From: Utricularia gibba
Taxonomy: Eukaryota > Plantae > Magnoliophyta
Direction of reading: 5' to 3'
DNA length: 64,000 bases
Assembly (NCBI GenBank): GCA_002189035.1
Contig: NEEC01000107.1
Span: forward strand, 1-64,000
Part shown: positions 1-11,200 of the stretch, in pieces
Numbering within the stretch: the stretch's first letter is position 1
Layout of the letters: the number at the start of each line of letters is the position of its first letter
Notes under the pieces: model-generated
Seen by the model: the letters and a program-made list of their open reading frames with translations, nothing else
Database searches by the model: none
What the model was told of the DNA's origin: nothing
Program-made: the position numbers and the translations under genes

Positions 1-46
1 AATAAATGCATCACGATTTTCGTCGAATAGGACCCGATTGGGCTCA

Positions 47-57
47 GGAGTCGAACC
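47..57 (-). promoter_or_regulatory. RNA polymerase III B-box-like motif (GGTTCGACTCC), repeated once per monomer in subunit A
   Basis: Plus-strand ggagtcgaacc reverse-complements to GGTTCGACTCC, which matches the tRNA-gene B-box consensus GGTTCGANTCC. No convincing A box lies upstream, so function is unproven. Confidence 0.3.
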
Positions 58-3000
58 GAACCTTGGGTCCGGACGAACTTCCCAACGAAAGCACCCACCA
101 AAAACGACAAGCTTTTCCTTCAGAAACCATGTAGGCAGCTGCCGAAAACCCAACGTTAATAAATGGATCACTTTTTTTCCGGGCTACAAATGACTATGGG
201 CCGAGCCCGACCTGACCTCGCCCGATCCTGGTGCCCCTCGAGAGCGCCTCCTCAAATATAAAGCTTGTGGATGAGAAAACCATTTGGGGTGCTCATGACA
301 TCCTAACTTCAATAAATGCATCACGATTTTCGTCGAATAGGACCCGATTGGGCTCAGGAGTCGAACCGAACCTTGGGTCCGGACGAACTTCCCAACGAAA
401 GCACCCACCAAAAACGACAAGCTTTTCCTTCAGAAACCATGTAGGCAGCTGCCGAAAACCCAACGTTAATAAATGGATCACTTTTTTTCCCCGGGCTACA
501 AATGACTATGGGCCCGAGCCCGACCCGACCTCCGGCCCGATCCTGGTGCCCCTCGAGAGCGCCTCCTCAAATATAAGCTTGTGGATGAGAAAACCATTTG
601 GGGTGCTCATGACATCCTAACTTCAATAAATGCATCACGATTTTCGTCGAATAGGACCCGATTGGGCTCAGGAGTCGAACCGAACCTTGGGTCCGGACGA
701 AGTTCCCAACGAAAGCACCCACCAAAAACGACAAGCTTTTCCTTCAGAAACCATGTAGGCAGCTGCCGAAAACCCAACGTTAATAAATGGATCACTTTTT
801 TTGCCGGGCTACAAATGACTATGGGCCCGAGCCCGACCCGACCTCCGGCCCGATCCTGGTGCCCTCGAGAGCGCCTCCTCAAATATAAAGCTTGTGGATG
901 AGAAAACCATTTGGGGTGCTCATGACATCCTAACTTCAATAAATGCATCACGATTTTCGTCGAATAGGACCCGATTGGGCTCAGGAGTCGAACCGAACCT
1001 TGGGTCCGGACGAACTTCCCAACGAAAGCACCCAACCAAAAACGACAAGCTTTTCCTTCAGAAACCATGTAGCAGCTGCCGAAAACCCAACGTTAATAAA
1101 TGGATCACTTTTTTTGGGCTACAAATGACTATGGGCCCGAGCCGACCCGACCTCCGGCCCGATCCTGGTGCCCCTCGAGAGCGCCTCCTCAAATATAAAG
1201 CTTGTGGATGAGAAAACCATTTGGGGTGCTCATGACATCCTAACTTCAATAAATGCATCACGATTTTCGTCGAATAGGACCCGATTGGGCTCAGGAGTCG
1301 AACCGAACCTTGGGTCCGGACGAACTTCCCAACGAAAGCACCCACCAAAAACGACAAGCTTTTCCTTCAGAAACCATGTAGGCAGCTGCCGAAAACCCAA
1401 CGTTAATAAATGGATCACTTTTTTTGCCGGGCTACAAATGACTATGGGCCGAGCCCGACCGACCTCCGGCCCGATCCTGGTGCCTCGAGAGCGCCTCCTC
1501 AAATATAAAGCTTGTGGATGAGAAAACCATTTGGGGTGCTCATGACATCCTAACTTCAATAAATGCATCACGATTTTCGTCGAATAGGACCCGATTGGGC
1601 TCAGGAGTCGAACCGAACCTTGGGTCCGGACGAACTTCCCAACGAAAGCACCCAACCAAAAAACGACAAGCTTTTCCTTCAGAAACCATGTAGCAGCTGC
1701 CGAAAACCCAACGTTAATAAATGGATCACTTTTTTTGCCGGGCTACAAATGACTATGGGCCCGAGCCCGACCCGACCTCCGGCCCGATCCTGGTGCCCCT
1801 CGAGCGCCTCCTCAAATATAAAGCTTGTGGATGAGAAAACCATTTGGGGTGCTCATGACATCCTAACTTCAATAAATGCATCACGATTTTCGTCGAATAG
1901 GACCCGATTGGGCTCAGGAGTCGAACCGAACCTTGGGTCCGGACGAACTTCCCAACGAAAGCACCCACCAAAAACGACAAGCTTTTCCTTCAGAAACCAT
2001 GTAGGCAGCTGCCGAAAACCCAACGTTAATAAATGGATCACTTTTTTTCCCGGGCTACAAATGACTATGGGCCCGAGCGACGACCTCCGGCCCGATCCTG
2101 GTGCCCCTCGAGAGCGCCTCCTCAAATAAAAAGCTTGTGGATGAGAAAACCATTTGGGGTGCTCATGACATCCTAACTTCAATAAATGCATCACGATTTT
2201 CGTCGAATAGGACCCGATTGGGCTCAGGAGTCGAACCGAACCTTGGGTCCGGACGAACTTCCCAACGAAAGCACCCACCAAAAACGACAAGCTTTTCCTT
2301 CAGAAACCATGTAGGCAGCTGCCGAAAACCCAACGTTAATAAATGGATCACTTTTTTTCCCGGGCTACAAATGACTATGGGCCCGAGCCCGACCCGACCT
2401 CCGGCCCGATCCTGGTGCCCCTCGAGAGCGCCTCCTCAAATATAAAGCTTGTGGATGAGAAAACCATTTGGGGTGCTCATGACATCCTAACTTCAAAAAA
2501 ATGCATCACGATTTTCGTCGAATAGGACCCGATTGGGCTCAGGAGTCGAAGAACCTTGGGTCCGGACGAACTTCCCAACGAAAGCACCCACCAAAAACGA
2601 CAAGCTTTTCCTTCAGAAACCATGTAGGCAGCTGCCGAAAACCCAACGTTAATAAATGGATCACTTTTTTTCCCGGGCTACAAATGACTATGGGCCCGAG
2701 CCCGACCCGACCTCCGGCCCGATCCTGGTGCCCCTCGAGAGCGCCTCCTCAAATATAAAGCTTGTGGATGAGAAAACCATTTGGGGTGCTCATGACATCC
2801 TAACTTCAATAAATGCATCACGATTTTCGTCGAATAGGACCCGATTGGGCTCAGGAGTCGAACCGAACCTTGGGTCCGGACGAACTTCCCAATGAAAGCA
2901 CCCACCAAAAACGACAAGCTTTTCCTTCAGAAACCATGTAGGCAGCTGCCGAAAACCCAACGTTAATAAATGGATCACTTTTTTGCCGGGCTACAAATGA

Positions 3001-4984
3001 CTATGGGCCCGAGACGACCTCCGGCCCGATCCTGGTGCCCCTCGAGAGCGCCTCCTCAAATAAAAAGCTTGTGGATGAGAAAACCATTTGGGGTGCTCAT
3101 GACATCCTAACTTCAATAAATGCATCACGATTTTCGTCGAATAGGACCCGATTGGGCTCAGGAGTCGAACCGAACCTTGGGTCCGGACGAACTTCCCAAC
3201 GAAAGCACCCACCAAAAACGACAAGCTTTTCCTTCAGAAACCATGTAGGCAGCTGCCGAAAACCCAACGTTAATAAATGGATCACTTTTTTTGCCGGGCT
3301 ACAAATGACTATGGGCCCGAGCCCGACCCGACCTCCGGCCCGATCCTGGTGCCCCTCGAGAGCGCCTCCTCAAATATAAAGCTTGTGGATGAGAAAACCA
3401 TTTGGGGTGCTCATGACATCCTAACTTCAATAAATGCATCACGATTTTCGTCGAATAGGACCCGATTGGGCTCAGGAGTCGAACCGAACCTTGGGTCCGG
3501 ACGAACTTCCCAACGAAAGCACCCACCAAAAACGACAAGCTTTTCCTTCAGAAACCATGTAGGCAGCTGCCGAAAACCAACGTTAATAAATGGATCACTT
3601 TTTTTGCCGGGCTACAAATGACTATGGGCCCGAGCCCGACCCGACCTCCGCCCCGATCCTGGTGCCCCTCGAGAGCGCCTCCTCAAATATAAAGCTGTGG
3701 ATGAGAAAACCATTTGGGGTGCTCATGACATCCTAACTTCAATAAATGCATCACGATTTTCGTCGAATAGGACCCGATTGGGCTCAGGAGTCGAACCGAA
3801 CCTTGGGTCGGACGAACTTCCCAACGAAAGCACCCACCAAAAAACGACAAGCTTTTCCTTCAGAAACCATGTAGGCAGCTGCCGAAAACCCAACGTTAAT
3901 AAATGGATCACTTTTTTTGCCGGCTACAAATGACTATGGGCCCGAGCCCGACCCGACCTCCGGCCCGATCCTGGTGCCCCTCGAGAGCGCCTCCTCAAAT
4001 AAAAAGCTGTGGGAGAAAACCATTTGGGGTGCTCATGACATCCTAACTTCAATAAATGCATCACGATTTTCGTCGAATAGGACCCGATTGGGCTCAGGAG
4101 TCGAACAGAAACCTTGGGTCCGGATGAACTTCCCAACGAAAGCACCCACCAAAAACGACAAGCTTTTCCTTCAGAAACCATGTAGGCAGCTGCCGAAAAC
4201 CCAACGTTAATAAATGGATCACTTTTTTTGCCGGGCTACAAATGACTATGGGCCCGAGCCCGACCGACCTCCGCCCGATCCTGGTGCCCCTCGAGAGCGC
4301 CTCCTCAAATAAAAGCTTGTGGATGAGAAAACCATTTGGGGTGCTCATGACATCCTAACTTCAATAAATGCATCACGATTTTCGTCGAATAGGACCCGAT
4401 TGGGCTCAGGAGTCGAACCGAACCTTGGGTCCGGACGAACTTCCCAACGAAAGCACCCAACCAAAAACGACAAGCTTTTCCTTCAGAAACCATGTAGGCA
4501 GCTGCCGAAAACCCAACGTTAATAAATGGATCACTTTTTTTGCCGGGCTACAAATGACTATGGGCCCGAGCCGACCCGACCTCCGGCCCGATCCTGGTGC
4601 CCCTCGAGAGCGCCTCAAATAAAAAGCTGTGGTTGAGAAAACCATTTGGGGTGCTCATGACATCCTAACTTCAATAAATGCATCACGATTTTCGTCGAAT
4701 AGGACCCGATTGGGCTCAGGAGTCGAACCGAACCTTGGGTCCGGACGAACTTCCCAACGAAAGCACCCACCCAAAAACGACAAGCTTTTCCTTCAGAAAC
4801 CATGTAGGCAGCTGCCGAAAACCCAACGTTAATAAATGGATCACTTTTTTTCCCGGGCTACAAATGACTATGGGCCCGAGCCCGACCGACCTCCGGCCCG
4901 ATCCTGGTGCCCCTCGAGAGCGCCTCCTCAAATAAAGCTTGTGGATGAGAAAACCATTTGGGGTGCTCATGACATCCTAACTTC

Positions 4985-5141
4985 AATAAATGCATCACGA
5001 TTTTCGTCGAATAGGACCCGATTGGGCTCAGGAGTCGAACCGAACCTTGGGTCCGGACGAACTTCCCAACGAAAGCACCCACCAAAAACGACAAGCTTTT
5101 CCTTCAGAAACCATGTAGGCAGCTGCCGAAAACCCAACGTT
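4985..5141 (+). repeat. Subunit A (157 bp) of the heterodimeric monomer
   Basis: Starts aataaatgcatcac, ends cccaacgtt, and aligns colinearly with subunit B. Confidence 0.92.
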
Positions 5142-5298
5142 AATAAATGGATCACTTTTTTTGCCGGGCTACAAATGACTATGGGCCCGAGCCCGACCCG
5201 ACCTCCGGCCCGATCCTGGTGCCCCTCGAGAGCGCCTCCTCAAATATAAAGCTTGTGGATGAGAAAACCATTTGGGGTGCTCATGACATCCTAACTTC
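5142..5298 (+). repeat. Subunit B (157 bp) of the heterodimeric monomer
   Basis: Starts aataaatggatcac, ends cctaacttc. Ungapped hand alignment to A gives about 86/157 identities, with shared blocks aataaatgNatcac, cgaNagcNcc, aagctt and agaaa(a)ccat. Confidence 0.92.
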
Positions 5299-8200
5299 AA
5301 TAAATGCATCACGATTTTCGTCGAATAGGACCCGATTGGGCTCAGGAGTCGAACCGAACCTTGGGTCCGGACGAACTTCCCAACGAAAGCACCCACCAAA
5401 AACGACAAGCTTTTCCTTCAGAAACCATGTAGGCAGCTGCCGAAAACCCAACGTTAATAAATGGATCACTTTTTTTCCGGGCTACAAATGACTATGGGCC
5501 CGAGCCCGACCGACCTCCGGCCCGATCCTGGTGCCCCTCGAGAGCGCCTCCTCAAATATAAAGCTTGTGGATGAGAAAACCATTTGGGGTGCTCATGACA
5601 TCCTAACTTCAATAAATGCATCACGATTTTCGTCGAATAGGACCCGATTGGGCTCAGGAGTCGAACCGAACCTTGGGTCCGGACGAACTTCCCAACGAAA
5701 GCACCCAACCAAAAACGACAAGCTTTTCCTTCAGAAACCATGTACAGCTGCCGAAAACCCAACGTTAATAAATGGATCACTTTTTTTCCCGGGCTACAAA
5801 TGACTATGGGCCCGAGCCCGACCCGACCTCCGGCCCGATCCTGGTGCCCCTCGAGAGCGCCTCCTCAAATATAAAGCTTGTGGATGAGAAAACCATTTGG
5901 GGTGCTCATGACATCCTAACTTCAATAAATGCATCACGATTTTCGTCGAATAGGACCCGATTGGGCTCAGGAGTCGAACCGAACCTTGGGTCCGGACGAA
6001 CTTCCCAACGAAAGCACCCAACCAAAAACGACAAGCTTTTCCTTCAGAAACCATGTAGGCAGCTGCCGAAAACCCAACGTTAATAAATGGATCACTTTTT
6101 TTGCCGGGCTACAAATGACTATGGGCCCGAGCCGACCCGACCTCCGGCCCGATCCTGGTGCCCCTCGAGAGCGCCTCCTCAAATATAAAGCTTGTGGATG
6201 AGAAAACCATTTGGGGTGCTCATGACATCCTAACTTCAATAAATGCATCACGATTTTCGTCGAATAGGACCCGATTGGGCTCAGGAGTCGAACCGAACCT
6301 TGGGTCCGGACGAACTTCCCAACGAAAGCACCCAACCAAAAACGACAAGCTTTTCCTTCAGAAACCATGTAGGCAGCTGCCGAAAACCCAACGTTAATAA
6401 ATGGATCACTTTTTTTCCCGGGCTACAAATGACTATGGGCCCGAGCCGACCGACCTCCGGCCCGATCCTGGCCCCTCGAGAGCGCCTCCTCAAATAAAAA
6501 GCTTGTGGTTGAGAAAACCATTTGGGGTGCTCATGACATCCTAACTTCAATAAATGCATCACGATTTTCGTCGAATAGGACCCGATTGGGCTCAGGAGTC
6601 GAACCGAACCTTGGGTCCGGACGAACTTCCCAACGAAAGCACCCACCAAAAAACGACAAGCTTTTCCTTCAGAAACCATGTAGGCAGCTGCCGAAAACCC
6701 AACGTTAATAAATGGATCACTTTTTTTCCCGGGCTACAAATGACTATGGCCCGAGCCCGACCGACCTCCGGCCCGATCCTGGTGCCCCTCGAGAGCGCCT
6801 CCTCAAATATAAAGCTTGTGGATGAGAAAACCATTTGGGGTGCTCATGACATCCTAACTTCAATAAATGCATCACGATTTTCGTCGAATAGGACCCGATT
6901 GGGCTCAGGAGTCGAACCGAACCTTGGGTCCGGACGAACTTCCCAACGAAAGCACCCACCCAAAAACGACAAGCTTTTCCTTCAGAAACCATGTAGGCAG
7001 CTGCCGAAAACCCAACGTTAATAAATGGATCACTTTTTTTCCCCGGGCTACAAATGACTATGGGCCCGAGCCCGACCCGACCTCCGGCCCGATCCTGGTG
7101 CCCCTCGAGAGCGCTCCTCAAATATAAAGCTTGTGGATGAGAAAACCATTTGGGGTGCTCATGACATCCTAACTTCAATAAATGCATCACGATTTTCGTC
7201 GAATAGGACCCGATTGGGCTCAGGAGTCGAACCGAACCTTGGGTCCGGACGAACTTCCCAACGAAAGCACCCAACCAAAAACGACAAGCTTTTCCTTCAG
7301 AAACCATGTAGGCAGCTGCCGAAAACCCAACGTTAATAAATGGATCACTTTTTTTGCCCGGACCCTCCGCCCGATCCTGTGCCCCTCGAGAGCGCCTCCT
7401 CAAATATAAAGCTTGTGGATGAGAAAACCATTTGGGGTGCTCATGACATCCTAACTTCAATAAATGCATCACGATTTTCGTCGAATAGGACCCGATTGGG
7501 CTCAGGAGTCGAACCGAACCTTGGGTCCGGATGAACTTCCCAACGAAAGCACCCCAAAAAAAGACAAGCTTTTCCTTCAGAAACCATGTAGGCAGCTGCC
7601 GAAAACCCAACGTTAATAAATGGATCACTTTTTTTGCCGGGCTACAAATGACTATGGGCCCGAGTTCGACCCGACCTCCGGCCCGATCCTGTGCCCCTCG
7701 AGAGCGCCTCCTCAAATAAAAAGCTGTGGTTGAGAAACCATTTGGGGTGCTCATGACATCCTAACTTCAAATAAATGCATCACGATTTTCGTCGAATAGG
7801 ACCCGATTGGGCTCAGGAGTCGAACCGAACCTTGGGTCCGGATGAACTTCCCAAAAAGCACCCAAAAAAAACGACAAGCTTTTCCTTCAGAAACCATGTA
7901 GGCAGCTGCCGAAAACCCAACGTTAATAAATGGATCACTTTTTTTGCCGGGCTACAAATGACTATGGGCCCGAGACCCGACCTCCGGCCCGATCCTGGTG
8001 CCCCGAGAGCGCCTCCTCAAATATAAAGCTTGTGGATGAGAAAACCATTTGGGGTGCTCATGACATCCTAACTTCAATAAATGCATCACGATTTTCGTCG
8101 AATAGGACCCGATTGGGCTCAGGAGTCGAACCGAACCTTGGGTCCGGACGAACTTCCCAACGAAAGCACCCACCAAAAAACGACAAGCTTTTCCTTCAGA

Positions 8201-11200
8201 AACCATGTAGGCAGCTGCCGAAAACCCAACGTTAATAAATGGATCACTTTTTTTTTCCCGGGCTACAAATGACTATGGGCCCGAGCCGACCCGACCTCCG
8301 GCCCGATCCTGGTGCCCCTCGAGAGCGCCTCCTCAAATAAAAAGCTTGTGGATGAGAAAACCATTTGGGGTGCTCATGACATCCTAACTTCAATAAATGC
8401 ATCACGATTTTCGTCGAATAGGACCCGATTGGGCTCAGGAGTCGAACCGAACCTTGGGTCCGGACGAACTTCCCGAAAGCACCCAACCAAAAACGACAAG
8501 CTTTTCCTTCAGAAACCATGTAGGCAGCTGCCGAAAACCCAACGTTAATAAATGGATCACTTTTTTTCCGGGCTACAAATGACTATGGGCCCGAGCCCGA
8601 CCCGACCTCCGGCCCGATCCTGGTGCCCCTCGAGAGCGCCTCCTCAAATATAAAGCTTGTGGATGAGAAAACCATTTGGGGTGCTCATGACATCCTAACT
8701 TCAATAAATGCATCACGATTTTCGTCGAATAGGACCCGATTGGGCTCAGGAGTCGAACCGAACCTTGGGTCCGGACGAACTTCCCAACGAAAGCACCCAC
8801 CAAAAACGACAAGCTTTTCCTTCAGAAACCATGTAGGCAGCTGCCGAAAACCCAACGTTAATAAATGGATCACTTTTTTTCCCGGGCTACAAATGACTAT
8901 GGGCCCGAGCCCGACCCGACCTCCGGCCCGATCCTGGTGCCCCTCGAGAGCGCCTCCTCAAATATAAAGCTTGTGGATGAGAAAACCATTTGGGGTGCTC
9001 ATGACATCCTAACTTCAATAAATGCATCACGATTTTCGTCGAATAGGACCCGATTGGGCTCAGGAGTCGAACCGAACCTTGGGTCCGGACGAATTCCCAA
9101 CGAAAGCACCCACCAAAAACGACAAGCTTTTCCTTCAGAAACCATGTAGGCAGCTGCCGAAAACCCAACGTTAATAAATGGATCACTTTTTTTGCCGGGC
9201 TACAAATGACTATGGGCCCGAGCGACCGACCTCCGGCCCGATCCTGTGCCCCTCGAGAGCGCCTCCTCAAATAAAAGCTTGTGGATGAGAAAACCATTTG
9301 GGGTGCTCATGACATCCTAACTTCAATAAATGCATCACGATTTTCGTCGAATAGGACCCGATTGGGCTCAGGAGTCGAACGAACCTTGGGTCCGGACGAA
9401 CTTCCCAACGAAAGCACCCACCAAAAACGACAAGCTTTTCCTTCAGAAACCATGTAGCAGCTGCCGAAAACCCCAACGTTAATAAATGGATCACTTTTTT
9501 TGCCGGGCTACAAATGACTATGGGCCCGAGCCCGACCCGACCTCCGGCCCGATCCTGGTGCCCTCGAGAGCGCCTCCTCAAATATAAAGCTTGTGGATGA
9601 GAAAACCATTTGGGGTGCTCATGACATCCTAACTTCAATAAATGCATCACGATTTTCGTCGAATAGGACCGATTGGGCTCAGGAGTCGAACCGAACCTTG
9701 GGTCCGGACGAACTTCCCAACGAAAGCACCCACCAAAAAACGACAAGCTTTTCCTTCAGAAACCATGTAGGCAGCTGCCGAAAACCCAACGTTAATAAAT
9801 GGATCACTTTTTTTGCCGGGCTACAAATGACTATGGCCCGAGCCCGACCCGACCTCCGGCCCGATCCTGGTGCCCCTCGAGAGCGCCTCCTCAAATATAA
9901 AGCTTGTGGATGAGAAAACCATTTGGGGTGCTCATGACATCCTAACTTCAATAAATGCATCACGATTTTCGTCGAATAGGACCCGATTGGGCTCAGGAGT
10001 CGAACCGAACCTTGGGTCCGGACGAACTTCCCAACGAAAGCACCCACCAAAAACGACAAGCTTTTCCTTCAGAAACCATGTAGGCAGCTGCCGAAAACCC
10101 AACGTTAATAAATGGATCACTTTTTTTGCCGGCTACAAATGACTATGGGCCCGAGCCCGACCCGACCTCCGGCCCGATCCTGGTGCCCCTCGAGAGCGCC
10201 TCCTCAAATAAAAAGCTTGGTTGAGAAAACCATTTGGGGTGCTCATGACATCCTAACTTCAATAAATGCATCACGATTTTCGTCGAATAGGACCGATTGG
10301 GCTCAGGAGTCGAACCGAACCTTGGGTCCGGACGAACTTCCCAACGAAAGCACCCACCCAAAAACGACAAGCTTTTCCTTCAGAAACCATGTAGGCAGCT
10401 GCCGAAAACCCAACGTTAATAAATGGATCACTTTTTTTGCCGGGCTACAAATGACTATGGGCCCGAGCCCGACCCGACCTCCGGCCCGATCCTGGTGCCC
10501 CTCGAGAGCGCCTCCTCAAATATAAAGCTTGTGGATGAGAAAACCATTTGGGGTGCTCATGACATCCTAACTTCAATAAATGCATCACGATTTTCGTCGA
10601 ATAGGACCCGATTGGGCTCAGGAGTCGAACCGAACCTTGGGTCCGGACGAACTTCCCAACGAAAGCACCCACCAAAAACGACAAGCTTTTCCTTCAGAAA
10701 CCATGTAGGCAGCTGCCGAAAACCCAACGTTAATAAATGGATCACTTTTTTTGCCGGGCTACAAATGACTATGGGCCCGAGCCGACCGACCTCCGGCCCG
10801 ATCCTGTGCCCCTCGAGAGCGCCTCCTCAAATATAAAGCTTGTGGATGAGAAAACCATTTGGGGTGCTCATGACATCCTAACTTCAATAAATGCATCACG
10901 ATTTTCGTCGAATAGGACCCGATTGGGCTCAGGAGTCGAACGAACCTTGGGTCCGGACGAACTTCCCAACGAAAGCACCCACCAAAAACGACAAGCTTTT
11001 CCTTCAGAAACCATGTAGGCAGCTGCCGAAAACCCAACGTTAATAAATGGATCACTTTTTTTGCCGGGCTACAAATGACTATGGGCCCGAGCCGACCCGA
11101 CCTCCGGCCCGATCCTGGTGCCCCTCGAGAGCGCCTCCTCAAATATAAAGCTTGTGGATGAGAAAACCATTTGGGGTGCTCATGACATCCTAACTTCAAT

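Larger units (their letters stand above)
4985..5298 (+). repeat. Reference full-length consensus monomer (314 bp)
   Basis: Carries the majority base at every position I compared. It has two HindIII sites (aagctt) and single NsiI, BspEI, PvuII, AclI, ApaI, XhoI and BspHI sites. Hand count gives 160/314 G+C and 20 CpG. Confidence 0.95.

Noticed and set aside
76-92. CENP-B box (minus strand tttcgttgggaagttcg)
   Set aside because: It matches only the 5' half (TTTCGTTGG). The essential A at position 10 and CGGG at positions 13-16 are absent.
75-102. 5S rDNA array (similar unit size; minus-strand tggtgggtgctttcgttgggaagttc loosely resembles the 5S internal C-box region)
   Set aside because: There is no 120-nt 5S gene, no 5S start sequence and no correctly spaced A box. 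The resemblance is about 18 of 29 bases with a gap, was found by eye, and is plausibly chance. An Infernal search with the Rfam 5S model would settle it.
30-110. Intact tRNA gene around the B-box
   Set aside because: The T-stem has a mismatch, there is no complementary acceptor strand at the right distance, no D or anticodon arms and no A box, and a T5 run lies within the expected gene body.
155-170. aataaa as polyadenylation signals
   Set aside because: It is simply the conserved start of both subunits, and there is no gene context.
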